The notes: generated by a model not told the origin, from the letters alone. A stretch of DNA of 64,000 nucleotides from Bacteroidales bacterium (GCA_031547085.1 JAVBSH010000055.1:3249-67248); one strand, 5' to 3'. Positions 10,140 through 20,354 are shown, counted from the first letter of the stretch. Numbers and translations are program-made.

Positions 10140-10358
10140 TTACTCAGTTATGTCGGTAGCCTCTTTTGCTTGTTTTTTATGCCTGAGGCGGCCGATCAAT
10201 TCATTTAACTCTTCCTTACTTAAATCGATACCATGTTCTTTCAGCTTGCGCCGGAGTTCCCTACGGGTATTCGATCCCTTATCAGGAGCTACCAACAGTG
10301 CGATTATAGCACCTAAGGTAGCGCCGCCTAAAAATGTGAAAAATGAGGATGCTTTCAT
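10140..10358 (-). CDS. YtxH domain-containing protein
   Basis: 72 aa with FLGGATLGAIIALLVAPDKGSNTRRELRRKLKE, matching the YtxH signature (TM-APxSGxxTR). Confidence 0.8.
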   Translation of the reverse strand: MKASSFFTFLGGATLGAIIALLVAPDKGSNTRRELRRKLKEHGIDLSKEELNELIGRLRHKKQAKEATDITE

Positions 10359-10382
10359 GATTTTTTAATTTATAAATTTGAT

Positions 10383-10604
10383 CTAATCAAAAATGTTTCC
10401 AATCGTCTTCTTGGCACGTCCGTGCTTGAAGTGGTTGATGAGTTCGCTCAATTCATCAGTACTTAAATCAATACCGCGCTTTTTCAACTTACGTTTTATT
10501 TTTTTTCGGGTTTTACGTCCGCTCTCAGGTGCCAGCAACATGGCTACCAATGCACCCAATGCTGCTCCGCCGAGAAATGTAAAAATGGTTGATGGCTTCA
10601 TCAT
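10383..10604 (-). CDS. YtxH domain-containing protein (tandem paralogue)
   Basis: 73 aa with FLGGAALGALVAMLLAPESGRKTRKKIKRKLKK. It is roughly half identical to 10140-10358 by eye. Confidence 0.8.
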   Translation of the reverse strand: MMKPSTIFTFLGGAALGALVAMLLAPESGRKTRKKIKRKLKKRGIDLSTDELSELINHFKHGRAKKTIGNIFD

Positions 10605-10734
10605 TGTTTAGTTTGGTTAATCCGTGGAATTTGATTATTCCAGTGGGAAATTTTAGTTTAAATATTTACTTTTGTTCGGTCGGCGGAATTATTTTAGCCA
10701 ATCCGATCATAGGTATAACAAATCCCTTTAAAAA

Positions 10735-12450
10735 ATGTTTAAAGATACTCGAAAAATCATTCGTTACATCATATTTGCCGCACTTTTTATTTATCCGTTT
10801 TGCATTGTTTCAGCGCAAGACAAATTGCTGGATATCCTTAAGGACGAATTGAAGCGCGAAATGACCGGCTTTGAGCAACGTGCAGGCACGCTCGATGTCC
10901 CGTATTTCATCAGTTACCGTGTAGATGAAACCAAATCGGAAACCGTACGAGCGACGCTCGGCAGTTTGGTTTATTCGAGAGCATCACATAACCGTATTTT
11001 TACACCCATGGTACGTGTGGGCAACTACGAAGTAGACAATTACCACCAGCTACGGGAAACAAACATGACCAACCGTACCGAGCCGGCTTATCTTCCCATC
11101 GAGGATTCGGAAGATGCCATCAGGCAATGTATCTGGTGGATGACTGACCAGGCGCAGAAAAATGCTGTCGACCGTTTCGAGAAAGTAAGGTCGAACGTGG
11201 CAGTGAAGGTGAAGGAAGAAGACATGTCGGCCGATTACACGCAACAACAGCCTGTTAAGTATTATGAGCCGACGTTAGCGGACGCACATACCAAGTTCAA
11301 CCGCAAGGATTGGGAAGGAAAGCTCAAGGAGTATTCTGCTGTGTTCAAACAATCGGACGATGTTATTGACGGGTGGGCTTCCATCAGCGCCCAGACGGTG
11401 CGGAAATATTACGTATCGTCCGAAGGCGCCGAAATAGCCCATAATATGGTATACATTACCCTAAACATTGGTGCGATGGTGAAAGCCGACGACGGGATGG
11501 AACTCCCGCTTCACAAATCGTGGTTTGCACTAACAACCAGTCACTTGCCATCGGATAAAGAGATTATCAAAGAAGCAAAGCAGATTGTAGATAAATTGAA
11601 GGAACTAAAGGTTGCCCCTGTAGTTGAAGCATTTTCGGGTCCTGCCTTGTTGTCGCCCGAAGCATCGGGTGTGTTCTTCCACGAAATATTCGGGCACCGT
11701 GTAGAGGGACAGCGCATGCGTCAGGAAACCGACGGCCAGACTTTCAAGAAAAAGATAGGGGAGCCGGTACTACCTTCATTCTTCAATGTGTACATGGATC
11801 CTACCGTCAACAAATACAAGGGCCGCGAAATCAACGGATATTATGCCTATGATGACGAAGGTGTGAAGGGGCAAAAGGTAACGCTGGTGGAAAACGGCAT
11901 ACTGAAAGGATTCCTGATGTCGCGCGTACCCATCGAAGGATTTCCTGCATCGAACGGGCATGGACGTGCTTCGCCGGGACTGAATCCTGTAACACGGCAA
12001 TCGAACCTGATCATCGAATCGTCACAACCAAAAAGCGAGAAGGAACTGCGGCAGGCGTTGAAGGATGAACTCAAAAACCAATCGAAAGAATACGGGTATT
12101 ACTTTGTAAGTGTCACCGGCGGCTTCACACAAACCGGCCGTTATTCGCCCAATGCATTTAATGTAACACCCAATGAAGTATACCGTGTATATGCCGACGG
12201 ACGTCCTGACGAACTGGTGCGTGGCGTTGATCTGGTGGGCACACCGTTGGCCATGTTTTCGCAAATAGGAGCAGCCGGAAACGAAAATGGCTATTTTACC
12301 GGAATTTGTGGCGCCGAATCAGGTTCGGTACAGGTTTCGTGTATATCACCCATGTTATTTGTCAAGCAGATAGAAATACAGAAAAAAGTAAAATCGCAAA
12401 GCTTGCCACCACTGTTGCCAAAACCGGAAGAGGGAAAAGGGAAAAAGTAA
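10735..12450 (+). CDS. TldD/PmbA-family metallopeptidase, secreted form
   Basis: 571 aa with signal peptide IIFAALFIYPFCIVSAQ, the HEIFGHRVEG motif (TldD-type HExxGH) and a C-terminal region typical of the family. Confidence 0.75.
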   Translation: MFKDTRKIIRYIIFAALFIYPFCIVSAQDKLLDILKDELKREMTGFEQRAGTLDVPYFISYRVDETKSETVRATLGSLVYSRASHNRIFTPMVRVGNYEVDNYHQLRETNMTNRTEPAYLPIEDSEDAIRQCIWWMTDQAQKNAVDRFEKVRSNVAVKVKEEDMSADYTQQQPVKYYEPTLADAHTKFNRKDWEGKLKEYSAVFKQSDDVIDGWASISAQTVRKYYVSSEGAEIAHNMVYITLNIGAMVKADDGMELPLHKSWFALTTSHLPSDKEIIKEAKQIVDKLKELKVAPVVEAFSGPALLSPEASGVFFHEIFGHRVEGQRMRQETDGQTFKKKIGEPVLPSFFNVYMDPTVNKYKGREINGYYAYDDEGVKGQKVTLVENGILKGFLMSRVPIEGFPASNGHGRASPGLNPVTRQSNLIIESSQPKSEKELRQALKDELKNQSKEYGYYFVSVTGGFTQTGRYSPNAFNVTPNEVYRVYADGRPDELVRGVDLVGTPLAMFSQIGAAGNENGYFTGICGAESGSVQVSCISPMLFVKQIEIQKKVKSQSLPPLLPKPEEGKGKK

Positions 12451-12552
12451 AATGTAAGAAGTATACAGGTGTAAAAATGATATCCGAATCGTTGTTCGGC
12501 GAAGTCTCCAGACTTCGTCGTGCTAAAAAGAAAACTCCTGCTTTCTACATGT

Positions 12553-12574
12553 GCAAGGCGAAAGCCTTGCTTTT
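12553..12574 (+). terminator. Rho-independent terminator (GNRA-loop hairpin plus T-run)
   Basis: GCAAGGC-GAAA-GCCTTGC followed by TTTT, about 100 nt after the TldD-like stop. A second hairpin (CGAAGTCT..AGACTTCG) lies at about 12500-12517. Confidence 0.6.
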
Positions 12575-12593
12575 AACGCTACGTCGAACAACC

Positions 12594-13814
12594 CTACTCA
12601 ATTACAAATCCTACTTTCTGTAAGTCATTCCAAAAATTTGGATAGGATTTACTCACCACTCCGGGGTCTTCAATTTGTAAGCCTGGAAAATGAATGGCTG
12701 CGGGGGCGAAGGCCATCGCCATGCGGTGGTCGTGGTAAGTAGCAATACTGATTTGTTGCTGCGGGTCAGTACGTTCCCCTTTCCATTCGATAATGCCGGG
12801 TTCCGCCTCCCTGATCACATACCCCAGTTTCAATAACTCAGTCTGCAAAGCGGAAATCCGGTCGGTTTCCTTTACCCGTAAAGTCTGTACCCCAGCAAAC
12901 CGGAACTTAGTATTATTCAGGCAACAAGTCACTGCCATGGTTTGCACGATATCCGGCGCATTAATAAAATCTAATCCCAGGAAAAGGCATACATTCCGGC
13001 GCTTGGTTAGCGATGCTCCGTCAGGCATATATTCCGTATGAATGCCAAATGCCTCGGACATGAGCGATATAACGGCATCGCCTTGCAAACTGTTGTTGGT
13101 TACGCCTTCGAGTAGAATTTCAGTTCTGTCGGTTAACGTAGCCAATTGGTACCAATAAGAAGCAGCGCTCCAATCACGTTCGGCGATCATCCCTTCCGAT
13201 CGATAATCCTGATGGGTAACAATAATCACGTTGTCTTCCCACTTTGATGACACTCCTGACCGTTTCATCAACTCCAGCGTCATCCGGACATACGATGCCG
13301 AAACTAAGTTGCCTGCGATCCGGATGGTAAGACCATCGGGTAATACCGGGGCGACCAGCAGCATGGCCGAGATAAATTGGCTGCTGACGTTTCCGTTGAT
13401 CTCAATAGTATTGCCCGAAAGCGGGTTACCCGATGTTTGCACTGGCGGGTAGCCTTCCTTTTCAAGGTAACGGATACCAGCGCCCAACTTGTTCAACGCA
13501 TCAACAAGATCGCCAATCGGCCTGTTCTTCATACGTTCCGATCCGGTAATCGTCTTAACCTGTCCGGTGGCAGCAAAATACGCTGTGAGAAAACGCATCG
13601 AAGTACCTGCATGTCCGATATCAATGATATCCGAAGCCAACTGTAAACCGAGTTGTAATACCTGTGTGTCGTCGCTGTCGGACAATCCGCTGAGGGAAAA
13701 TCTGCTGCTGCTTAATGCCTGCATGACCAACAAACGGTTGGAGATGCTTTTGGACGACGGTAGACCGATGGTTCCCTGCAACACCTTTTCCGGATAATGA
13801 AGCGTATATTTCAT
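12594..13814 (-). CDS. aroA: 3-phosphoshikimate 1-carboxyvinyltransferase (EPSP synthase)
   Basis: 406 aa with LPSSKSISNR, GHAGTSMRFL, and the ETDRI and HDHRMAMAF motifs. Confidence 0.92.
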   Translation of the reverse strand: MKYTLHYPEKVLQGTIGLPSSKSISNRLLVMQALSSSRFSLSGLSDSDDTQVLQLGLQLASDIIDIGHAGTSMRFLTAYFAATGQVKTITGSERMKNRPIGDLVDALNKLGAGIRYLEKEGYPPVQTSGNPLSGNTIEINGNVSSQFISAMLLVAPVLPDGLTIRIAGNLVSASYVRMTLELMKRSGVSSKWEDNVIIVTHQDYRSEGMIAERDWSAASYWYQLATLTDRTEILLEGVTNNSLQGDAVISLMSEAFGIHTEYMPDGASLTKRRNVCLFLGLDFINAPDIVQTMAVTCCLNNTKFRFAGVQTLRVKETDRISALQTELLKLGYVIREAEPGIIEWKGERTDPQQQISIATYHDHRMAMAFAPAAIHFPGLQIEDPGVVSKSYPNFWNDLQKVGFVIE

Positions 13815-14023
13815 TGTGTTCTCGCCAATTGAATATTTTATGATTTTTTATGTTGTAACTTTCAGCAAATTCCAACATCTTTGCAAAGATAAACAAACTT
13901 ATAAGCCCTTTTTAACAAAGACAACAAACATGTATCATTGCCCCGGTAAAATGAAAAACAATTGCAATTTACCCTTTGGCTTATTTTTTGTACGGAAGCA
14001 TGTTGTCTGAAAGCAATCTATCA

Positions 14024-14758
14024 ATGAAAAGCGTTATCATCATTCCCACTTATAATGAGCAGGAAAACATCGAACGGATGATCCGCCGGGTGTTTTCCCT
14101 GCCACGCGATTTTCACCTGTTGGTGGTAGATGATAACTCGCCCGACGGTACGGCTGGCACTGTAAAACAATTGCGCAACGATTATCCCGATCAGCTTTTT
14201 TTGCTCGAACGTAGCGGCAAGCAAGGACTGGGAACGGCTTATATTGCCGGATTCGAGTGGGCGCTGGAACACGGCTATGATTACATTTTCGAGATGGATG
14301 CCGACTTTTCGCATAATCCCGACGACCTGGTGCGTTTGCTCGATGCATGTGTGGAAGATGGCGCTGACGTGGCCATTGGTTCACGCTACATTACGGGAGT
14401 AAACGTGGTTAATTGGCCCATGTCACGGGTATTAATGTCATATTGTGCATCGAAGTATGTGCGTTGGATCACCCGTATGAAAGTACGCGACACCACGGCA
14501 GGGTTCAAATGCTACAAACGCGAGGTGCTTGAAACAATCCCATTCGAAAGTATCCATTTTAAAGGCTATGCCTTTCAGATCGAAATGAAATTCACTGCCT
14601 GGAAGTTTGGCTTCAAGCTGGTTGAAGTACCCATCATCTTTACCGACCGTAGCGCCGGAACATCCAAGATGAGCGGCGGTATTTTCAACGAAGCATTTTG
14701 GGGCGTAGTGGTGATGAAATGGAAAAGCTTTTTCAGGAAATACAACAGAAAATCATAA
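14024..14758 (+). CDS. GT2 polyprenol-phosphate mannosyl/glucosyl-transferase (Dpm1-like)
   Basis: MKSVIIIPTYNEQENI, LVVDDNSPDGT, FEMDADFSH (DxD) and GSRY. The track start at 13976 is a TTG, and the first ATG at 14024 gives a canonical N-terminus. Confidence 0.85.
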   Translation: MKSVIIIPTYNEQENIERMIRRVFSLPRDFHLLVVDDNSPDGTAGTVKQLRNDYPDQLFLLERSGKQGLGTAYIAGFEWALEHGYDYIFEMDADFSHNPDDLVRLLDACVEDGADVAIGSRYITGVNVVNWPMSRVLMSYCASKYVRWITRMKVRDTTAGFKCYKREVLETIPFESIHFKGYAFQIEMKFTAWKFGFKLVEVPIIFTDRSAGTSKMSGGIFNEAFWGVVVMKWKSFFRKYNRKS

Positions 14759-14787
14759 CGATCATCAATGGTCGATTACTTAACTTT

Positions 14788-15246
14788 TCATTGAGCCGGA
14801 GCATTGGTTCGATGCATAAAAAAACTTGCTCCAGATTTTTTGGGATATACCCATAACCGGACATCCATCAGATTTTTGAAATCAAGTTCTAAGTGCAGGC
14901 TATCGCCCGGGACCAGATCCCAGGAGGGCAGATACGGTTTCATACTGATATCTTGCGGTTGATTCAACTCAAATTCGAAATAAAACGTTTCATCTTCTCT
15001 GATGGGAGAGATGATTGTTGAATCCTTGCCACCTGACAAATGTGGTATTTCTATTTGTAGTTCTGTGGTGTTGGGCGAATGATCCCTGTTGTGAATATAC
15101 CCCGTAATTTGTATAAAATTTTCGGACATTTTTTTTACAGCGATTTCATCACTGGCTTGTTCGTGAACACGTTTATTACTTTCGCCCTTACATTGTATGC
15201 AAAGCAATACCGTAACAGCAAGAAAAACCTTGATCATCTGCTTCAT
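14788..15246 (-). CDS. Hypothetical lipoprotein
   Basis: 152 aa with signal/lipobox VLLCIQCKGE. No recognisable family. Confidence 0.5.
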   Translation of the reverse strand: MKQMIKVFLAVTVLLCIQCKGESNKRVHEQASDEIAVKKMSENFIQITGYIHNRDHSPNTTELQIEIPHLSGGKDSTIISPIREDETFYFEFELNQPQDISMKPYLPSWDLVPGDSLHLELDFKNLMDVRLWVYPKKSGASFFMHRTNAPAQ

Positions 15247-15317
15247 AATTGAAATTACAATATTAGCGAAAATCTTTTATTTCCGCTATCTTCGCTCCCT
15301 TAAACCACCATTATTTT

Positions 15318-16523
15318 ATGGAATCAATTCGCAATATATATAAAATCGGGCTTGGCCCCTCGAGCAGTCATACCATGGGACCAAAGTTTGCTGCCGAGCA
15401 GTTCCTCATTGGTTACTCGCAAGCCGATTCATTCCGGGTAACGCTATATGGTAGCCTGGCTGCAACCGGCAAAGGCCATTTGACCGATGTGGCCATCATT
15501 AAAACGCTGTATCCATACCCTGTGGAAATCGTTTGGGAGCCCAAAATTTTCCTACCTTTCCATCCAAATGGGATGAAGTTCGAAGCCATAGACGAAACCG
15601 GGAACGTGACAGGCAGTCGGGTATTTTTCAGCATTGGCGGTGGTGAGATCGTAGAGGAAGGGCAAGCACGTATGGAAAACGTGCAAATGTACGACCTCTC
15701 TACCATGCAGGATATTCTTATATGGTGTGAACAACAGGGACGCACTTATTGGGAATATGTACTTGAGGAAGAGGGCGAAGATATCTGGATGTATCTTGCC
15801 GAAGTGTGGGAAACGATGAAAGCGGCGGTGCAACGCGGCCTTGAAAACGAAGGCGTTTTGCCGGGCGGATTAGGCTTGCAACGCAAGGCTTCGGCATACC
15901 ATGTAAAGGCGTCAGGATATAAGGCTTCACTGAAAAGCCGCGCATTGGTATATGCCTATGCTTTGGCTGTTTCCGAAGAAAACGCAGGTGGAGGAGAGGT
16001 TGTTACTGCACCCACCTGTGGTTCGTCGGGTGTACTTCCAGGTGTGCTGTATCATCTATACAAAAGCTATGAATTTCCTGACAGCAAGATACATAAAGCA
16101 TTAGCTACTGCCGGATTGATTGCCAACATCGTAAAAACCAATGCCTCGATATCAGGAGCACAAGTTGGTTGTCAGGGCGAAATAGGCGTAGCTTGCGCCA
16201 TGACTGCCGCTGCTGCCAACCAGTTATTCGGCGGAAGCGTGGCGCAAATAGAATATGCCGCCGAGATGGGACTCGAACATCATCTCGGATTGACATGTGA
16301 TCCGGTATGCGGCCTGGTACAGATCCCCTGCATCGAACGCAATGCTTTTGCTGCTGTCCGTGCTCTGGATGCCAACTTATATTCAACTCTTTCGGACGGA
16401 GTACATCGTATCAGTTTCGACAAGGTAGTGGAAACCATGCGTCAAACCGGTCACGACCTGCCAAGTCTATACAAGGAGACATCGGAAGGTGGCCTGGCTA
16501 AACAAATAGGAAAGATAGGGTAA
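15318..16523 (+). CDS. sdaA: L-serine ammonia-lyase (iron-sulfur dependent, single chain)
   Basis: 401 aa with IGLGPSSSHTMGP, TGKGH and the APTCGSSG and CQGEIGVAC cysteine motifs. Confidence 0.9.
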   Translation: MESIRNIYKIGLGPSSSHTMGPKFAAEQFLIGYSQADSFRVTLYGSLAATGKGHLTDVAIIKTLYPYPVEIVWEPKIFLPFHPNGMKFEAIDETGNVTGSRVFFSIGGGEIVEEGQARMENVQMYDLSTMQDILIWCEQQGRTYWEYVLEEEGEDIWMYLAEVWETMKAAVQRGLENEGVLPGGLGLQRKASAYHVKASGYKASLKSRALVYAYALAVSEENAGGGEVVTAPTCGSSGVLPGVLYHLYKSYEFPDSKIHKALATAGLIANIVKTNASISGAQVGCQGEIGVACAMTAAAANQLFGGSVAQIEYAAEMGLEHHLGLTCDPVCGLVQIPCIERNAFAAVRALDANLYSTLSDGVHRISFDKVVETMRQTGHDLPSLYKETSEGGLAKQIGKIG

Positions 16524-16544
16524 GGTTTGAAAAAAGGCTGTAAA

Positions 16545-19500
16545 CTAAAAGTCCAGACTTAGGGAGAAATAGAAGACCGAGGGTAATATGACCCTGTTCT
16601 CGACGCCCCATGCCCAGTCAAACCGCATGAAATAGCCAAGTAGTTGTGCCCGTAAGCCGAATCCATATCCGAATACGATTGGATCGCGGCCGGTTTCGAT
16701 GGTAACTATTACCGAACCCTCTCCACTTGCCGGGATGGTCTCATAATCGTAAGCGCTGGTTTTCTTGAAAGGCGATACGCCCGACCAGGCAGTACCCACA
16801 TCGCAAAATCCAACCAATTGCAAACTCGACCAGAAATTCGACATCGGGTATTTGGAGAAATATTGAATGAAAGGCCAACGTATTTCATTGTTCATCAAGG
16901 CAAAGTTGTTCCCGTTGCGGATGTTCTGAATGAACCCGCGCATATCGGTAGCCAAAGTTTGGTAAGCATAGTTTTCCTGGTGGTCAACAGCTACGGAAGC
17001 ATTGTATACCGGTTTATCCCTAAAAAAAGTGATCCAGTTGTCCACACTACCCAGATAATAAAGCAACCGGCTACGTCCGAACGAGGTGCTGGTGGCAAAA
17101 CGGCTTGCCCAAATCAGGTTGCGATGTATCACTTGGTAATGCCTGAAATCCGCACCGAGCACATACAAGTCGGATGCGTCATTTAATTGCCAGTAAGTTT
17201 CGCCGAAGACCTTATAACGCCACCCACTAGGTATATTGATCCCTATTTTACGGGTATTATCGAATATCGCTTCTAACTTCAGTCCTGCCCAGTTGCGGTG
17301 ATAATTAGCCAAAGTCCGGGATTGCGGAAGTGCATTATCTGTCAGGAATACTGTGCGGTCATCACGGAACGAGGCAGTCCCTTTGATGGCGAAAGTTTGG
17401 GTGAACGGCCAACGCAAGGAATAAAACAACTCGTGTGTATGTGTTTTCAGCGGGTAATAAACGCCTGATCCATCGTCAGCATAGTTTTCATAGGCCTGTC
17501 GGTGGAAAATGATCTGCCTGTCTAATCGGTGTTTCAGATTTTCGAAGCTTAACAGGTACTCGTTGCTTTCGAAATCGAGCCCAAACCGTACACCGCCAAT
17601 GATCTTGTAATCCTCGAACAGATCGTTGGTTCCCAGCTTGAACAATAGATTGAAGCCCGGATTGTAGTACACCGCACCGCCTGTATACGCTTGGTAAGAA
17701 GCCTCGAGAAAACTGAAATCGACTTGCGAAACCAGATAATTTGGATAAAAAGCTGTTTGATAGATACGTATCTTGTTGCGTTCGGCTTTAATGGAGTCGT
17801 TCTCCAATTGAAAATCAGTTAGTTCAAAATTATTCTGGTAAAAATTGAGCTTTTCCGCCTCGAATACATAACGGTAGATATTTACATGATCCATATCGAA
17901 TTTGACGGTATCGCCTTCTGGAGTCAGAATATCGCCATTATCAAGCAGTATAGCAGGTATCGCCGTTTTGGCTATATTTGCCAAGCTATCGGCAGCACTG
18001 CGTTTCCTGACGATTTCTTTCCTGTAATCGGTTTCAGGAAGCTTGTCGGTAACATTGGTTTCCCCAGGCATGCGGTACATGTTGAACCGTCCTTTTTTAC
18101 GGAACAGGTTTACACTTTGCTTGTCAACAAGGCTGATATCGTGTTCAAGGATACTGCGCGAAAAGTCGGTCATCGGCTTGGCATTGGCCGTATAACGGTA
18201 ATGTACGGTAGTATCGATAAAACTAATCGTACTGTCAAACGATGTAACATAACGATTCACCACACCGCTTTGGTCACTCAGGAAAGCATAACGATTCCTC
18301 CCCAGTTCCACCGGATCGGTTTGGTTGGTATAAGGAACATCGGCAAGCGGGATTAATGCTGATGGCTTTCGTATATAATCATAAATAAACAGACTTTTTT
18401 CGGGCGACAGGCGCTGGATAACCCCTCCCTCCATACGGATGGAATCGTCGGTACGATTGGATGAAAAGATGATCTTTGTGCCGTTTTCAATGAATTTTGG
18501 ATTCAAGTCATCGGCGATATCATTGGTGACCTGCTGGTTGGTACCGGAAGCCAAGGTGTGTATGAAAATGTCCGACCGGCCAAAACGGTATGCCGACATA
18601 ACCAATTTACCACCATCAGGCGAGAGATCGGCATCCAGTATTTTCTCAAAATAAAGCAAGTTACGTGTCGTACGCTCGTTGTCGGAAACATTGTAGAATG
18701 TCATTTTCAAACCGCCCTTTTCTTCATAGATAAATAAAAGAATGTCGCCCGAAGGATGCCAAGTCAGTACGGGGTAGGTATAATCCTGTATTTGTTCGAG
18801 TTTTTGTTCGCGGCGGAATATCCGTTTTTGCTTTCCTGTTTCCAAGTCGCGAAGCCAAATGCGGTATTGCCCCATGTCATTGGTCACATACGCCAGATAA
18901 CGTCCATTAGGACTTACTTTCAGCTTTTCGTAAACGCGGTTTTTCTTCGGTCTTTTCTGCATTGGCGGTGTATCGGGATAAGGATTACCATCCTCCTTGG
19001 CATACATTTCGGTATAAAAATTCCGCCATTCTTTCGACAAGCCTTTGAGGTTACTTCCCAGCACGGACAGGAAGCCACTTTTTACACTTTTATTGACACG
19101 GGTAATGTACACGATGTTCGGTATTACCGCCGGCCCGTATACCTTTTCAATGAATCGCCAGAACGAATGTCCCGCCCATACGGCATCCTCCCCGGTCAAA
19201 CGGGTAAATTGATCGTATCGCTTACTGGTGATACCGTCTTTGATCCGGTCATCCATAGTTACGCTCCATGGTTCGGCAACGTACGCCATCAATCCTTTAT
19301 GAAACCATTCCGGAATGTTGATGGTGGCCGAAGTCGTCATATTGGCACGCAAGGCGCTGCCATAAATCATCTCGTTGACCACCACTTCGGCAATGGCGGC
19401 ACGCACCTGCTTATCGAATGAATCGTGGTCGCCATCGAAATACAGGAACACCTTGTTGTCGATGATACGGGTTACCCCGCCGGTATTGTATTCGTCGATA

Positions 19501-19853
19501 CCTGTAATCAACCCGATATTACCTTGCCGGAAATCCGTCAATTTGTTGTAGACGATGAAAATAATCCGCTTTTCAATGATGTAGTCAAACAAACCTTCGA
19601 TGCGATCCAGTTCGGGTGTAATCACCGATTCGGCATATTGTGCCAGCTCGTTGCCGTCCTGGTTGAAATACACATCAAACCGTTCAAAACGATAATACGA
19701 CCAGTAGAAATCGTTATATTGAACCCGGTTTTTGCCAAATGTCATCTGGTGCCCGTTGTAGAATTGCCCGAATGCAAAACCACCCCCCATCCACAATAAA
19801 AGGACCGCGGTCACAATGGTTCTCAAACCTTTGATTCGCAAAAACAGATTCAT
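16545..19853 (-). CDS. Large outer-membrane protein: degenerate MA-like domain, PD40/TolB-like beta-propeller repeats and a C-terminal Omp85-like barrel
   Basis: The likely start is MNLFLRIKGLRTIVTAVLLLWMGGGFAFGQ (27th codon of the track ORF). PD40-like repeats are present (SPNGRYLAYVTNDMGQYRIWLRDLETG; LSPDGGKLVMSAYRFGRSDIFIH). The C-terminus is CDVGTAW...FGYGFGLRAQLLGYFMRFDWAWG...FYFSLSLDF. Confidence 0.7.
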   Translation of the reverse strand: MNLFLRIKGLRTIVTAVLLLWMGGGFAFGQFYNGHQMTFGKNRVQYNDFYWSYYRFERFDVYFNQDGNELAQYAESVITPELDRIEGLFDYIIEKRIIFIVYNKLTDFRQGNIGLITGIDEYNTGGVTRIIDNKVFLYFDGDHDSFDKQVRAAIAEVVVNEMIYGSALRANMTTSATINIPEWFHKGLMAYVAEPWSVTMDDRIKDGITSKRYDQFTRLTGEDAVWAGHSFWRFIEKVYGPAVIPNIVYITRVNKSVKSGFLSVLGSNLKGLSKEWRNFYTEMYAKEDGNPYPDTPPMQKRPKKNRVYEKLKVSPNGRYLAYVTNDMGQYRIWLRDLETGKQKRIFRREQKLEQIQDYTYPVLTWHPSGDILLFIYEEKGGLKMTFYNVSDNERTTRNLLYFEKILDADLSPDGGKLVMSAYRFGRSDIFIHTLASGTNQQVTNDIADDLNPKFIENGTKIIFSSNRTDDSIRMEGGVIQRLSPEKSLFIYDYIRKPSALIPLADVPYTNQTDPVELGRNRYAFLSDQSGVVNRYVTSFDSTISFIDTTVHYRYTANAKPMTDFSRSILEHDISLVDKQSVNLFRKKGRFNMYRMPGETNVTDKLPETDYRKEIVRKRSAADSLANIAKTAIPAILLDNGDILTPEGDTVKFDMDHVNIYRYVFEAEKLNFYQNNFELTDFQLENDSIKAERNKIRIYQTAFYPNYLVSQVDFSFLEASYQAYTGGAVYYNPGFNLLFKLGTNDLFEDYKIIGGVRFGLDFESNEYLLSFENLKHRLDRQIIFHRQAYENYADDGSGVYYPLKTHTHELFYSLRWPFTQTFAIKGTASFRDDRTVFLTDNALPQSRTLANYHRNWAGLKLEAIFDNTRKIGINIPSGWRYKVFGETYWQLNDASDLYVLGADFRHYQVIHRNLIWASRFATSTSFGRSRLLYYLGSVDNWITFFRDKPVYNASVAVDHQENYAYQTLATDMRGFIQNIRNGNNFALMNNEIRWPFIQYFSKYPMSNFWSSLQLVGFCDVGTAWSGVSPFKKTSAYDYETIPASGEGSVIVTIETGRDPIVFGYGFGLRAQLLGYFMRFDWAWGVENRVILPSVFYFSLSLDF

Positions 19854-20354
19854 CCGTGATGACAAGCTAAGAAATGAATTAGATGCGTACGTAAGACTTG
19901 CAAATCTACATGCTTTTTTGCAAAAAAACAATTGTCAAAAATCTGTGGAGAATCTTTCGGGCTTTATTCCTGATGGTGGAGATAGAACAAAACCTCATTG
20001 ACCAGATGAACAGGATGCAAAATCAGCAGATGCAAGTCAGATTGTGTTGAATAACCGGAACTAAAGCCGGGAGAATCCGGTGGGTAGAAACACCACTGCT
20101 GAATTTGGTGAAAACGAAGATAAAACGGAAAGGAGGTAAAAATTAGATAGATAGGGCTTCAAGGAAATAATAAATCCGATAAGAAAATTTTGTATGTGCA
20201 TGGTTGCAAAATGCAATCATGAAGTAAAGCGGAAAAATATAGTAACGGAATTGCATCTTTCCGTACATGGTTTTTATATTTTTAATGAAATGCTAATGTA
20301 CCGGTTTCTACACTGTTATTTTATGAGTTTTGTCATATAGCATGTAAAAGTGCA

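Noticed and set aside
12306-12623. 105-aa plus-strand ORF spanning the TldD-aroA intergenic region.
   Set aside because: It starts inside the TldD-like gene in another frame. It runs through two terminator-like hairpins and into the aroA 3' end. Its composition is Lys/Arg-rich with no motifs.
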